Part shown: positions 8,133 to 18,800 of the stretch, piece by piece
Layout: each line of letters opens with the position of its first letter
Numbering within the stretch: position 1 is the first letter of the stretch
Assembly (NCBI GenBank): GCA_965279515.1
Contig: CBDIID010000003.1
Location: 2,880,001-2,944,000, forward strand
Direction: 5' to 3'
Length of the DNA stretch: 64,000 bases
From: Turneriella sp.
GTDB lineage: Bacteria; Spirochaetota; Leptospiria; Turneriellales; Turneriellaceae
The notes under the pieces: generated by a model
Told to the model about the DNA's origin: nothing
Seen by the model: only the letters and a program-made list of their open reading frames with translations
The model's database searches: none
Translations under genes and position numbers: made by a program

Positions 8133-9173
8133 TTATTTATTCAAGTGGCTCTTGTCTGTGAACTTATCGAAGAAGATATTCTGATTCTCGATGCCCAGCT
8201 CGTTGAGCTTCAGAATCGCCGCATCGATCATCGGCGGCGGGCCGCAGAGAAATGCCGCCGTGTCGGCAAAGTCGAGCGCCTGTTTTTCGATAAATTCTGT
8301 GACAAAGCCGCGCGCTCCCTGCCAGGGGGAGCCTGCCTCTTCGTGAGAGAGAATCGGTACGAATTCAAAGTTGGCACCCATCTGTGCTTTGATCTGTTGC
8401 ATGTCATCAAGCGCATACAAATCTTTTTCGGTGCGCGCGCCAAAGAGGTAGACGATCCGCTTCGCCATTTTTTTCTGCGCCGCATCTTCGAGCATACCTT
8501 TGATCGGCGCCATGCCGCTGCCGCCGGCGATGCACAGCAGCGTGCCCTTCTGCTCGCGCCAGCCGAATGTGCCGCGCGGCCCGCGCAGTTTGATCTTCTC
8601 GCCCGTGCGGTCTTTTTCGTGGAACCAGCCAGTCATTTCGCCGCCCGGTACCAGGCGCAGGTGAAAAGAGACTTCGAGGTTGCCGCCGCCCGCACCGGGG
8701 GCCGCGGCGAAAGAATAAGACCGCGAACCCTTAACGCCGCTGACTACGAGATCCGCATATTGCCCCGAGGTATAGCGCAGTTTCTCGCCCAGCTTAATCT
8801 TGATTTCGACGATATCGTGCGTCAGCTTGCAGTAACCGCTGACTTCACCCGCGTATTCTTTCGATTCGTCGGGTTCGAGCGTCACGATGAGATCTGATTT
8901 AGGGATTGCCTGGCAGGCCAGGATGTATCCCTTTTTCATGTCATCTTCGGTGAGCACCAGTGACATGTCGGAGAGGTCTTTGTATTCGCCCTGGATGAGT
9001 TTGGTCTTGCAGGTTGTGCAGCTGCCGGCGCCGCAACTGAATGGATAATCGAGCCCGGCCTCGAGGGCCGCTTCCAGTAGTGTCTGCCGGTGTTTAACTG
9101 TAACGGTTTTACCCATGCTCTGTATCAGAGCCTGATAAGTGGGTTTATCCTTCTTTTTAAAGAGCGAAAGCAT
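8133..9173 (-). CDS. 2Fe-2S ferredoxin:NAD(P)H oxidoreductase (XylA/phenol-hydroxylase reductase-like)
   Basis: CGAGSCTTC...LACQA 2Fe-2S domain; RSYS FAD motif; GGSGMAP and FLCGPPPM NAD motifs. Confidence 0.9.
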   Translation of the reverse strand: MLSLFKKKDKPTYQALIQSMGKTVTVKHRQTLLEAALEAGLDYPFSCGAGSCTTCKTKLIQGEYKDLSDMSLVLTEDDMKKGYILACQAIPKSDLIVTLEPDESKEYAGEVSGYCKLTHDIVEIKIKLGEKLRYTSGQYADLVVSGVKGSRSYSFAAAPGAGGGNLEVSFHLRLVPGGEMTGWFHEKDRTGEKIKLRGPRGTFGWREQKGTLLCIAGGSGMAPIKGMLEDAAQKKMAKRIVYLFGARTEKDLYALDDMQQIKAQMGANFEFVPILSHEEAGSPWQGARGFVTEFIEKQALDFADTAAFLCGPPPMIDAAILKLNELGIENQNIFFDKFTDKSHLNK

Positions 9174-9225
9174 AGGGCCGCATGGAGGAGCGAAACGCCG
9201 AGACAAGATAAATTAGCTGCGAAGC

Positions 9226-10131
9226 TTAGAACTTAAACCGCATCAGGCCGAAGACGCGCCTCGAGTTGGCAATCCCACGGATTTCGCGCATGTGTTCGAG
9301 CGCTGTTTCATAACCCATCTGGATGAACTCATCGGCGGCCGAATAATCGGCCCAATGGAAATTGCCGCGTATCGGCCGCATGACGAGGCTCGCGCGCGAA
9401 AGCTGTATATTGCGGCGGTGCTCCGAGGCGATTTCTTCTGTTTTCAGAATCACGTCAAACCCGCTGCGCGGCAGCGTATCGGGCAGTTTCTCATCAGAGA
9501 CGTCGATCACGATCGGCTTATCGATACCGAGCACTGCTGCCGCTTCGATACCGAGTTTATCGAGCACGCCGCCGTCGACATAATATTCATGCCCGACACG
9601 TTCGGGCGGAAAAATCAACGGCATCGAGGCAGAGGCGATGACTGCATGGCGTAAGCGGTCTTTGCCCTGGAAGACCTTGAGTTCGCCGTTACGCACGTTG
9701 ACCGCCGCCGTCGCAAAAGGTATCTCTGCCGACTCCATGGCGACATCGGCGATAAACGGATGCATGACGCTATGCACTTCGGCTGGCGTCAGTACACCGG
9801 TTGCCGTGAACATGCGGCGCAGAATGTTGGTGCCGCTGACCAGTTTCTGCGCGCGGCGCACGATGCCTTTCGCATCCTGTTCCTGATTGGTGGTCCATGT
9901 GCCCACCACGGATTCCCGGAAGGCCTGGAACTGGATCAGTTGTTTCAGGCGTTTTTCGAGAAAGTCGACGTCGGGCATGACCGAGTAGACGCCGCCGACA
10001 ATCGCGCCCATCGAAACGCCAATCAGCTGCGTCACGCGGATGTCATTCTCGGTGAGGGCCCGCAATGCGCCGACATGGGCAAAACCCCGTGCCGCGCCGC
10101 CGCCAAGATTGAGCGCTATTTTACCGGCCAT
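9226..10131 (-). CDS. Patatin-like phospholipase
   Basis: GGGAARG, GVSMG and DGG motifs. Confidence 0.9.
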   Translation of the reverse strand: MAGKIALNLGGGAARGFAHVGALRALTENDIRVTQLIGVSMGAIVGGVYSVMPDVDFLEKRLKQLIQFQAFRESVVGTWTTNQEQDAKGIVRRAQKLVSGTNILRRMFTATGVLTPAEVHSVMHPFIADVAMESAEIPFATAAVNVRNGELKVFQGKDRLRHAVIASASMPLIFPPERVGHEYYVDGGVLDKLGIEAAAVLGIDKPIVIDVSDEKLPDTLPRSGFDVILKTEEIASEHRRNIQLSRASLVMRPIRGNFHWADYSAADEFIQMGYETALEHMREIRGIANSRRVFGLMRFKF

Positions 10132-10183
10132 GTGAATTCCGATTCTGTTTGACGCGCTGCCTTTTTTGCCGTCTTTCCCTTAC

Positions 10184-10726
10184 ATGATCCGCAAGGCGGA
10201 ATATTACAGGGCGTCGGGCAAGGCCGGGCAGAAAAAGTGGCGCGCTTATGCGTTGTCATTTGTCATTGTTACCGTCATTGCGTTTCTGCTGCAGTTCATC
10301 TTTAGACAGTTGTTTTTCTATCCCCTGAAAATTTCGTCCGACAGCATGACCCCGGAAATCCAATCCGGAGACAAGCGTTACTTTATCCATCCGAAATTGA
10401 CGACGGTTGTCGCGGGCGATGTCGTGCTGGTGCGTTCGCCGGCAACTGATGCTGATTTTCTCTGCCGCGTAGCCGCGGTTGACGGCGACAAGGTAAAAAT
10501 CGCTGCCGGGCAGTTCTTCGTGAACGGGCAGGTAAAAAAATCTTTCGAGCCGCGCCTGGCGATACCCGAAGATCGCAGTTTTGCAATGAACGAGATCGAA
10601 GTGCGGCCCAATTATTTTTTCTGCCTGAACGATAACTACCGCAACACCCGCGATTCGCGCACGGCGGGCATCTTTGAGCGCGGCCAGATCACGGCAAAAA
10701 TCATCAAGCCGACACTGTTCTTCTGA
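10184..10726 (+). CDS. S26 signal peptidase I-like protein (catalytic Lys replaced by Cys)
   Basis: TM + SSDSMTP, GDVVLV, DFLCRV..DGD, NDNYRNTRDSR boxes. Confidence 0.75.
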   Translation: MIRKAEYYRASGKAGQKKWRAYALSFVIVTVIAFLLQFIFRQLFFYPLKISSDSMTPEIQSGDKRYFIHPKLTTVVAGDVVLVRSPATDADFLCRVAAVDGDKVKIAAGQFFVNGQVKKSFEPRLAIPEDRSFAMNEIEVRPNYFFCLNDNYRNTRDSRTAGIFERGQITAKIIKPTLFF

Positions 10727-11643
10727 TGGCGGCGGCGCTGCACCCCGAGCTCGAACGCCGGTTCCGCAAGCGGATTTCTCCCTTTGTAAAACGCCATGCG
10801 GCCCGGCTCGGGACAGCAGACGCGGAAGCGTTTCTCAAACAATTTACGCCCGACGAGCTTGAGCTTAGCGCCGCCGAGGGTTTCAGCGACGATCCGCTGC
10901 GCGAAGATGATACCGATATCCATCCGTTTCCCGATGTGGTGCATAAGTATCATTCGAAAATTCTCTACCTGACGACCGATGAATGCCCGGTGTATTGCCG
11001 TTATTGCACACGCAAGCGCAAGACGCTGCTCTCCGCAGGGCATACACATTCTTCACCGGAACAGGTCGCCGCTTATCTTGCCGCGCATCCTGAGATTAAC
11101 GAAGTTATTTTTTCAGGGGGCGATCCCCTGATGTTACCTGTTCATGACTTGGCGCAGCGGGCCAATGTGTTTCTCGGCATTCCCACAATCACCTTCCTGA
11201 GAATTCACACGCGCGCCCTGACAACCGCCCCCGGCCTTATTACAGAAAAATTTCTGCGCGCGTTAAATGAGCTTCGGCTAAACTACCCGGCGAAGGGCAT
11301 CGCTTTTGTCCTCCATGTCAATACTGCCGCAGAGCTGAGTGGAGAGGCTGCTTCCGCCATCGCCGCTATCCGTGCTTTGGGAATCCCCCTCTATGCCCAG
11401 TCGGTGCTGCTGAAAGGCATCAACGACGATGCGGTGAAATTGGCCGCGCTTTGCCAGGCGCTGATCGCCGCCGGTGTGCAACCGTATTATCTGCACCAGT
11501 TAGACCGCGTGACGGGTTCGGCGCATTTTGAGGTCGGCGAAGGTGCAGCGCGTGCTATCTACGATGAACTGCGCGTCAGGGTGCCACCCTACATGCTGCC
11601 GAAATTTGTGCGTGATTCAAAACAGGGAAAATACCCGATGTAG
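10726..11643 (+). CDS. KamA/EpmB-family radical SAM aminomutase
   Basis: HKY, CPVYCRYCTRK, SGGDPL, QSVLLKGIND, PYYLHQLD. Confidence 0.9.
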   Translation: MAAALHPELERRFRKRISPFVKRHAARLGTADAEAFLKQFTPDELELSAAEGFSDDPLREDDTDIHPFPDVVHKYHSKILYLTTDECPVYCRYCTRKRKTLLSAGHTHSSPEQVAAYLAAHPEINEVIFSGGDPLMLPVHDLAQRANVFLGIPTITFLRIHTRALTTAPGLITEKFLRALNELRLNYPAKGIAFVLHVNTAAELSGEAASAIAAIRALGIPLYAQSVLLKGINDDAVKLAALCQALIAAGVQPYYLHQLDRVTGSAHFEVGEGAARAIYDELRVRVPPYMLPKFVRDSKQGKYPM

Positions 11644-13230
11644 TTACGGGGCTTTGGGTGCGGGCGCATCCGTTGCGGCCTTGAGCCACGCTTCGAATCC
11701 CGCATCTTGCCTGAGCGGCGCATAGAGTTTGAGCTTACGGAAATTGCCTTCGAGTTTTGTGCGCGCTTTGGGGTTCTTGAGGTAAACACTGCCTTTAGTT
11801 CTGATACCAGCCCAATCACCCAGGTGGGCCATTGTCATGAGGTGGAGATTCATCTGTGAAGGCGTCAGGTTTTTGATTTTGTCAAATTCGACGAGCGCCG
11901 AGCCATATTCCTTGAGCGCAAAAAAAGACACTGCGCGCCAGCCATTGAAGTCCTTGTTTTTTTCGAGGTTCTTGCGGAAGCGCTCCGTCAGCTCGAGCAC
12001 GGCGCGGTATTTTTCCGCTTTAAAAAGCACACCGATCGCAACGGGGAGATCCGACATGGCGTAGGCGGGCATCGTCGCTTCATTCTCGTCTGTTTCCACG
12101 GCTTCTTTTTCATAGATTTTCGCCGCATACGATGCGGCCTTCTCGTTGTTCTTTTCGGCGAGGGCCCTTTTCATGGCGATGAGATTCAGAAACACAGGGC
12201 TCTCTGACTTTTTCGAAAACTTGCAATACTCCTCGTCGGCTTCACCGGCCGACAAGGCGCCGAGGCAAAACACGCGCTTCACACTGAGCGCCGCCTTTGC
12301 CTTCAGCTCAAGGTCGGCGCCGATGCGGCGGGCGATTTTCGCGTGGGCAAAGGATTCCGGGTAATGACCGAGGCCGTAGTGCGCCTGGGCGGCGTTCAGG
12401 CGGATAAAGAATTTCAGCTGCGGATCTTCAATCGGTTTCTCGAGCGCTGCGGCAAAATATTTCAGCGAACCCGCGTAATCGCCATTACGGCGCGCGAAAG
12501 CCCCGAGTTTATATGCCGCGCTGGGATCTTCCGAGTTTTCCCAGATCAGTTTGTAGGTGGCCTGGGCTTCGCGCGGCTCTTTCAGTTTCTCGTAGTACTG
12601 CGCGATTTTCCAGCGGTAATCTTTGAGGCGAGCGTCTTCGGCGATCGCCGCTTTGTAAGCCGCGATGATCGAGCGCATGAGTTCTGCCGCTTCGTCGTCG
12701 GCCTGGTCTTCGCGCTCTTTCAACTCCGTTTCGAGTGCCAGGGCTTTTTTCAGGCTGGCGTTCGTTTGCCCACCTGAAGAGACCGGCCCCTGGTAGTTGC
12801 CTGCTTCAGCGCGGATCTTTTCAAAGAGCTCGCTCTTCTCGCCCATATCTTGCAGGCGATCGACGTAACGCAGCGATTCGCCATAGAGCTTTGCCTGCCG
12901 GCAAAGAATCACCATTTTCCAGTAGGCGACTTTTTTGAATTTTTTCTGCATGGGCCGCTCAGCCGCCGCGCGAAAGTGTTGTATGCTTTCGGCGTATTGC
13001 CGGCGGGCTTCCAGAATGAGTCCGATATACAGGTGCGGATCACCGCTTTCGTCTCCGTTATCGATCGCTTCCTGGAAATGTTTCCGGGCGGTGTCGAACG
13101 AACCTTTCGAGTAGGCCTTTTCGCCGAGCAGAAGTTCTTTGCTCTTCGCGGTGAGAGAGCCTGTGCCCAGTAAGACAAGGACAAGAAAAAACTTCCGCCA
13201 CCCGGGGCCCCAAGAGGTTATTCCTGCCAT
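11644..13230 (-). CDS. Exported TPR-repeat protein
   Basis: Signal peptide after Met at 13230, multiple TPR-like helices; the upstream ORF extension overlaps the TolC gene and is likely spurious. Confidence 0.75.
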   Translation of the reverse strand: MAGITSWGPGWRKFFLVLVLLGTGSLTAKSKELLLGEKAYSKGSFDTARKHFQEAIDNGDESGDPHLYIGLILEARRQYAESIQHFRAAAERPMQKKFKKVAYWKMVILCRQAKLYGESLRYVDRLQDMGEKSELFEKIRAEAGNYQGPVSSGGQTNASLKKALALETELKEREDQADDEAAELMRSIIAAYKAAIAEDARLKDYRWKIAQYYEKLKEPREAQATYKLIWENSEDPSAAYKLGAFARRNGDYAGSLKYFAAALEKPIEDPQLKFFIRLNAAQAHYGLGHYPESFAHAKIARRIGADLELKAKAALSVKRVFCLGALSAGEADEEYCKFSKKSESPVFLNLIAMKRALAEKNNEKAASYAAKIYEKEAVETDENEATMPAYAMSDLPVAIGVLFKAEKYRAVLELTERFRKNLEKNKDFNGWRAVSFFALKEYGSALVEFDKIKNLTPSQMNLHLMTMAHLGDWAGIRTKGSVYLKNPKARTKLEGNFRKLKLYAPLRQDAGFEAWLKAATDAPAPKAP

Positions 13231-14570
13231 GTTTTGAGCGTCGCCTGATCGCCGATTTCCATCGCCAGCCGCGCTGCGGCGAGGCACAGGTTGAATTCGG
13301 ATTCTGCGACTTCCTTTTCTGTCAAAAGCTGAGCACCCAGGGCCTCGATCAGATCTTTCGCTGTGCCCGTGCCTGTCGTGTACGCCGTCATTTCTGACAG
13401 CGACCACTTATTCGCTTCTTTATACTTATTCTGACTGATCTCGAGCTGCACCTTTTGTTTCTCAAAATCCCACATCGCCATCGCGACCTTGAGTGGCACA
13501 CCGGTTAAGGCCTCACCCTGCTTTGCCTGCATCTTCTCCAGCTCGGCCTCAGCGCGCATGACCTTTGCCTTGGTATTGCCGAAGTCGAGATCCCACTTGG
13601 CGCCAAATACCACGGCAAACCAATTACGGTTATAAGGATCGAAAGCGTAGCTCGATTGCTGCTGGTCGCGCGCGCTGGTGTAATTGAGTTCGGTGCGGCT
13701 GGCAAGAAACAGCACGGGCAGATTGCCGCCCTTTTCCATTTCCACCTGGTGGCGCCGTGCCTGCAAACCTTCGCCGACAGCTTTGAGGTCGGGGTTCGAA
13801 CGGTGCGCTTCGGTGATGAGCTGTTCGAGTGCACGCGTCGCGTCGGTGACTTTCGGAAAGTCCCCCTCCAGCACCAAAAGCGATTCTTTTTCGCCGAGGT
13901 AGTGCCCCAGCGCCAGGCCGGATGTCTTTTTGTTCGCCAGCCATTCGGCATTGAAGCGCTGCAATTCCAGTGCAAAGAGTTTGAGGCGCGTGAGATCCTT
14001 GCGCTGCACTTCGCCGGTACCTTTTTTGTAGATGGATTCGGCGCGGCTCAGCACGGTTTTCATTTTATCGTTCGCGTCATCGAGCACGGTTTTGAGGCGA
14101 TTCAGCAGAATAATCTGCATGTAGAGTTGTTTGTAATCGAAGATGCTCTTGTTGATCTGGCTTTCGTGCAGGTAGCGTGCGCCTTCGACCGCGTGAGACG
14201 CTGCCTGCTTGCCGTCCTTGATGCGGCCGAAGCTGAATACGGGATAGACAATCTGTAGTTCGGCATGCACGAAGGGCGCCCACTTGCCGTAGTTCGCTTC
14301 GGAATAGGCCGGCGTGCCGCGTGATTCGAAAATCGGCGCGGCATAGGTGAGGAGGGAAAACGTCGGCAAGTCGAGCGCCGATGCTTCGGCCTGGTAGGCA
14401 GAGAAGCTCAGGATCTGCGCTTTGCTCTCGAGTATCTTGGCGTTATTCCTGAGAAGCTGTGTCAGGCCGTCGGCAAAACGGATCGGCTTTTCTGCAGAGA
14501 CTCCGCCAACGGACAGGAAAACCAGGCCGCAAACAAAGCTGCTATTTATTAATTTTTTGAATCCGTTCAC
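13218..14570 (-). CDS. TolC-family outer-membrane efflux protein
   Basis: Signal peptide, two OEP-like repeats (NPDL, YxxGxG motifs). Confidence 0.85.
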   Translation of the reverse strand: MNGFKKLINSSFVCGLVFLSVGGVSAEKPIRFADGLTQLLRNNAKILESKAQILSFSAYQAEASALDLPTFSLLTYAAPIFESRGTPAYSEANYGKWAPFVHAELQIVYPVFSFGRIKDGKQAASHAVEGARYLHESQINKSIFDYKQLYMQIILLNRLKTVLDDANDKMKTVLSRAESIYKKGTGEVQRKDLTRLKLFALELQRFNAEWLANKKTSGLALGHYLGEKESLLVLEGDFPKVTDATRALEQLITEAHRSNPDLKAVGEGLQARRHQVEMEKGGNLPVLFLASRTELNYTSARDQQQSSYAFDPYNRNWFAVVFGAKWDLDFGNTKAKVMRAEAELEKMQAKQGEALTGVPLKVAMAMWDFEKQKVQLEISQNKYKEANKWSLSEMTAYTTGTGTAKDLIEALGAQLLTEKEVAESEFNLCLAAARLAMEIGDQATLKTWQE

Positions 14571-15168
14571 GCAGCAATTTCACCAGGTGTTTATAACCTT
14601 TTTTATTGATGATCGACGAGAACTGATTGCGAAAATCGAGCAAGGTCGACGCTTCGTCGATATGTACGTCATAGAGTTTCAGGCCGTCGCCGCTACGGTA
14701 AAGGAAAAACTCTACCTTAAAGCTCTGTTTGCGGTGGGGCACCTTGGTGTTGACGATGATCGCTTCTTTTTCGAAGACATCGTCGGTTTCAACCCGCTCT
14801 GAAATGATTTCAATGGGAATCTTACCCGTGATGACCTTCTGCGAGGGGATGTTCGCCTCAACAACGCGGTTGGCCATCAGCTCGTGGAAGAGACCGAGAA
14901 AGTCTTCTTGCTGCGCCGGTGTCAGCTTGGCATAGTGTTTACCCAAGGCCAGCTTACCGATTTCCTTGATGTCAAGAATTTGCAATGCCATCTCGCGCGC
15001 CCGCGCTGATACTTCTTTGCGTTTCTCATCGCTGAAATCCTGCGCGAGTTCGGCGCGCAGCTTTTCAAAATTACCGATGATATTCTGCATGTATTCGAGC
15101 CCTTCGCCGGCGCTGACCGCCGAGGCTGCGAGAAATAAATAACAAAAAACGGCTCTAAGACGGGACAT
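14542..15168 (-). CDS. MlaC/Ttg2D-family lipid-binding protein
   Basis: ALGKHY.KLTPAQQEDF...KLYDVHIDEASTLLDFRNQF..II.KKG; start placed at Met 15168. Confidence 0.8.
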   Translation of the reverse strand: MSRLRAVFCYLFLAASAVSAGEGLEYMQNIIGNFEKLRAELAQDFSDEKRKEVSARAREMALQILDIKEIGKLALGKHYAKLTPAQQEDFLGLFHELMANRVVEANIPSQKVITGKIPIEIISERVETDDVFEKEAIIVNTKVPHRKQSFKVEFFLYRSGDGLKLYDVHIDEASTLLDFRNQFSSIINKKGYKHLVKLLRERIQKINK

Positions 15169-15179
15169 AACGGGAAGGG

Positions 15180-15353
15180 TTAATCCTTCTTTTTGCGAAA
15201 ATACGCCACGATGATTATGATGGCTAAAACAACGAGAACAACCTTCGTAATTTTCCAGAGTGTGCCCACGATGAAGGGAATGCAACCGTCGGGAAGAAAC
15301 AGCGCCAGTACCACAAGCGCCAGAATAAACAGCAGCGTATTCGGTCTTTGCAT
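15180..15353 (-). CDS. Small 57-aa two-TM membrane protein (not in ORF track)
   Basis: Translated by hand: MQRPNTLLFILALVVLALFLPDGCIPFIVGTLWKITKVVLVVLAIIIVAYFRKKKD*. Confidence 0.6.
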   Translation of the reverse strand: MQRPNTLLFILALVVLALFLPDGCIPFIVGTLWKITKVVLVVLAIIIIVAYFRKKKD

Positions 15354-15459
15354 CCGTTTTTTTCCGGTATCGCTGGCTTGCCGTCAAGTGAAATGCCATA
15401 TACAAATGCCATATACCTTGACGCAAGGTCTAAGTTCCCTTTTTCGTCGGGTATTCGTG

Positions 15460-16065
15460 ATGCGTCGGATGTCTTTACACAAGGGTTTAATCCCATCTAT
15501 TCTAGCATTTGCTCTTTCTGCGGGCGCACTCAGCGCCCAGGTTGAAGGCGAAGCGTGGAAGTTTAAACCTCAGATCGGCGTCTGGTTCGGGCCTGTGACG
15601 CCGGCCCCTGGTAGTGTACTTTCCGACGTGCTCACAACGAGTCTGGGCGGAGGACTTTTTTTCCGCGGTAATATTCCTTCCAACACTCTGCGCCTGGAAA
15701 TCGGCGCATCCTATAGTTACTACACATCCAGGACTACCGCGCGTTTACACTCGATACCCATTTACGGTGCGATCTGCTATACGTTGCCCATCAGCTTACC
15801 CCTGAGTTTTTTTGTAAAAGCGGGGGCAGGCGGCAATTTTCTCCGCAATGCCCCAGAAGGGTCCCGCAATTGGTTACCGGCAGGATACTTGGGTTTTGAA
15901 ACATCGTTTCCGGCCGGTAAGCTCATCAATATTGGCGTGCGTGCGGATTATCTTTTTGTCTACGAGAAACATTTAAGTCCTCCATCCAATAATCCCAACT
16001 ATGAAGTTTACAATGGGCATTTTTTTAATTTCGGCCTGATGGTGAATTTCAATTTAAGCAGATAG
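15460..16065 (+). CDS. Outer-membrane beta-barrel-like exported protein
   Basis: Signal peptide (ILAFALSAGALSA), amphipathic strands, C-terminal FNFGLMVNFNL; start 15460 or 15469. Confidence 0.7.
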   Translation: MRRMSLHKGLIPSILAFALSAGALSAQVEGEAWKFKPQIGVWFGPVTPAPGSVLSDVLTTSLGGGLFFRGNIPSNTLRLEIGASYSYYTSRTTARLHSIPIYGAICYTLPISLPLSFFVKAGAGGNFLRNAPEGSRNWLPAGYLGFETSFPAGKLINIGVRADYLFVYEKHLSPPSNNPNYEVYNGHFFNFGLMVNFNLSR

Positions 16066-16067
16066 AA

Positions 16068-17585
16068 ATGAAGAAACCCGTTATTTATCTGTTTTTGGTC
16101 GCTGGATTCACGGTACACTGTTCCGGTGATTTGCCGCTTTCTGATCTCGTGAATAATACCGTAACCTTAAAGGTTATGGGGACATACGAAAGCAATGATC
16201 CTTACCCCCTTCAACATGCGGGTGTTGCTAATGCACTGCCGCTAGATGATGTAATTAACGCCGGTATCTCAGGCTCAAACCCAACCATCGCTGCTGGTTC
16301 TGATCTCTATAATTACATTACCAGCGGGGCTGCGGATTCGAGAGATCCTAATGGAGTCTTTCCCCAGTGGCAAGCTCATGCAGATAAAATCAGGTATTAT
16401 ATTGATATTGCTGAAATCCGTCTTGCCGAAGGGCAAGGAAAATCTTCCAGCCAATCGATTTCCGATTACTGGTCACAGTTCGCGATTACGCGACAACTCA
16501 TGTGTTCTGATTACGGTACCACTGATCCCAACCGAATCCTCACAAATTGTCAGGGATCAAGCGGGGTAGATCGCCTGGCACAGTTTTTTGCGGGAGGATT
16601 CAACTACCCCGCAGTCGATGTGGCTACTGGTAACTATAATCATATGGGAATATATTTTCGCCGCTTTGCAACCTATCCGGCGGCATCTTTTACTGGGCAA
16701 GGTCAGTACATACCATCTACCGCTGACAATAATACATGGGGAACAGATGGGGTAAGAACGAGATCGGAAGGAATTGCAACCGCGACGTTTGACAACCGCA
16801 CCATCTATGGCGCCGATATTGAGGGTTTTCTCCAGAACCCATACGGGGCAACTGCAGCTGAGCCACTCATGTTCCCACTACAACGTAAAGACTTATCGCT
16901 CAGGATTACTAACGGCGCTGAACCCTACGTTCTGGAAGTCCGAATTTTCCTCCAGAATCTGATGATGATTCATGTCCGACAGGTGAGCAATGATATCAAT
17001 ACGTCGAATGCGAGTGACCCGGCAAAGATAAACCTTGCATCAAACAATGCATCCGTTTATGTTGCTCCGGCTGACTGGAATATAGATCACAAATTCCTGG
17101 AAACCGATGGTTCCGGTAACAGTGCGAAGCAAGGCGGGTCTGTGCTTATGACGGCCCGCGTGTATCAGCCGAAATATGTTGGCAGCATAAAGATTAAAAA
17201 TTCTGCCGCCACCCAAGGTGACTATTTTGCCGTTGTTTCGGCTGGGACAACATTTCCGGGCCAAGTCTGGGCAGTAGACGCAAATACGCCGTCTACGACC
17301 ATCTTACCTTTAGCGGCTACAAGAGCTTATACCTCTGGCACAACAAATCACACAATTACGAATTTGCCGCCTGGTAATTACAATCTCTATCGTACGTGCG
17401 ATATTAAAAAATGCTTAAAAACCTCAACTGCTGGCTATTGCGATCAGTTAGGTGGCAATAAAATAACTCCCCAAACCGACGGATTTCCCGAAACCTCAGA
17501 CACTTGCGGATCGTGGACAGTTACCGCGGGAACGGAGACCAGCGTTGACTTTGCTACTTCGTGCCCGGCCGTAAATTGCCCGTAA
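16068..17585 (+). CDS. Surface lipoprotein resembling the leptospiral LIC11270 family
   Basis: Lipobox-like TVHC-SGD; LKVMGTYES, YIDIAEIRL, LEVRIFLQNLMM segments; Cys-rich C-terminus; family recalled from memory. Confidence 0.6.
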   Translation: MKKPVIYLFLVAGFTVHCSGDLPLSDLVNNTVTLKVMGTYESNDPYPLQHAGVANALPLDDVINAGISGSNPTIAAGSDLYNYITSGAADSRDPNGVFPQWQAHADKIRYYIDIAEIRLAEGQGKSSSQSISDYWSQFAITRQLMCSDYGTTDPNRILTNCQGSSGVDRLAQFFAGGFNYPAVDVATGNYNHMGIYFRRFATYPAASFTGQGQYIPSTADNNTWGTDGVRTRSEGIATATFDNRTIYGADIEGFLQNPYGATAAEPLMFPLQRKDLSLRITNGAEPYVLEVRIFLQNLMMIHVRQVSNDINTSNASDPAKINLASNNASVYVAPADWNIDHKFLETDGSGNSAKQGGSVLMTARVYQPKYVGSIKIKNSAATQGDYFAVVSAGTTFPGQVWAVDANTPSTTILPLAATRAYTSGTTNHTITNLPPGNYNLYRTCDIKKCLKTSTAGYCDQLGGNKITPQTDGFPETSDTCGSWTVTAGTETSVDFATSCPAVNCP

Positions 17586-17636
17586 ATTCATAGCCTTCTT
17601 CTTGACCCCCTATTTTCCTCACCGCCTTAATCCGCC

Positions 17637-18800
17637 ATGAAGATTCATGAGTATCAGGGCAAAGAAATATTCCGCAAATACAAGATCGCCGTTCCCAACG
17701 GCATCGTCACAAACTCAGCCGACGAAGCAGCAGCGATTTATACAAAGCTCGGCAAGTCTGTAGCAGTTGTTAAGGCGCAAATCCATGCCGGTGGCCGCGG
17801 TAAGGGGGGCGGTGTTAAGCTGGCGAAATCAGCCGACGAAGCCAAGACGCATGCAAAAGCCATCCTTGGCATGATGCTCAAAACCCCGCAAACGGGTCCC
17901 GAAGGCCAGAAGGTCAATACGATTCTCGTTGAAGAAGGCTCTGACATTCTCAAAGAATATTATGTCGGGATCACCCTCGACCGCCGTATCTCGAAACCTG
18001 TGATGATGGTTTCGACGGAAGGTGGCATGGATATCGAAGAAGTGGCGCACCATTCTCCCGAGAAGATTCTGAAAGAAACCATTGAACCAGCGCTGGGCCT
18101 GCAACGTTTCCAGGCGTCGCGCCTCGCCTATGGCCTCGGCTTTGAAGGCGATATGGCAAAACAGGCGATCGCAATTCTCACAAACCTGTGGAATTGTTAT
18201 GATGGTGAGGATTGCTCCCTCATGGAAATTAATCCGCTGATCTCAACCAAAGACGGCAAGGTCATGGCGCTCGACGCGAAAGTGAACTTTGACGATAACG
18301 CGCAATACCGTCACCCCGATCAGGTGGGCCTGCGCGACGAAGCCGAAGAAGATGCGCTTGAAGTTGAAGCGTCGAAATACAACCTCAACTACGTGCGTCT
18401 CGACGGCGAAGTCGGCTGCATGGTGAACGGCGCTGGTCTCGCGATGGCGACGATGGATATCATCAAGTACGCAGGTTCATCCCCGGCGAACTTTCTCGAT
18501 GTCGGCGGCGGGGCGAATGTAACGACTGTCACCAACGGTTTTAAAATCATTCTCTCTGACCCGAATGTGAAAGCGATCTTTGTAAACATCTTCGGTGGCA
18601 TTGTCCGCTGCGATCGTATTGCGAACGGCATTATCGAAGCCGCGAAGAATGTGAAGATCACCGTGCCACTGGTTGTGCGCCTCGCGGGTACCAACGCTGA
18701 AGAAGCGAAGGAAATCCTCAAGAACAGCGGTATCCAACTCGATGTCGCCGACGGTCTCAAAGACGGCGCCGAGAAAGTCGTCAAAGCGATCAGAAAATAG
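17637..18800 (+). CDS. sucC: Succinyl-CoA ligase beta subunit
   Basis: [47 protein letters not shown]. Confidence 0.97.
   Translation: MKIHEYQGKEIFRKYKIAVPNGIVTNSADEAAAIYTKLGKSVAVVKAQIHAGGRGKGGGVKLAKSADEAKTHAKAILGMMLKTPQTGPEGQKVNTILVEEGSDILKEYYVGITLDRRISKPVMMVSTEGGMDIEEVAHHSPEKILKETIEPALGLQRFQASRLAYGLGFEGDMAKQAIAILTNLWNCYDGEDCSLMEINPLISTKDGKVMALDAKVNFDDNAQYRHPDQVGLRDEAEEDALEVEASKYNLNYVRLDGEVGCMVNGAGLAMATMDIIKYAGSSPANFLDVGGGANVTTVTNGFKIILSDPNVKAIFVNIFGGIVRCDRIANGIIEAAKNVKITVPLVVRLAGTNAEEAKEILKNSGIQLDVADGLKDGAEKVVKAIRK

Noticed and set aside
7929..8897. 322-aa plus-strand ORF
   Set aside because: Antisense shadow of the VOC and ferredoxin-reductase genes; no recognisable motifs
15193..15459. 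N-terminal 89 codons of ORF 15193..16065
   Set aside because: Antisense to the small membrane ORF; the signal peptide begins at 15460/15469
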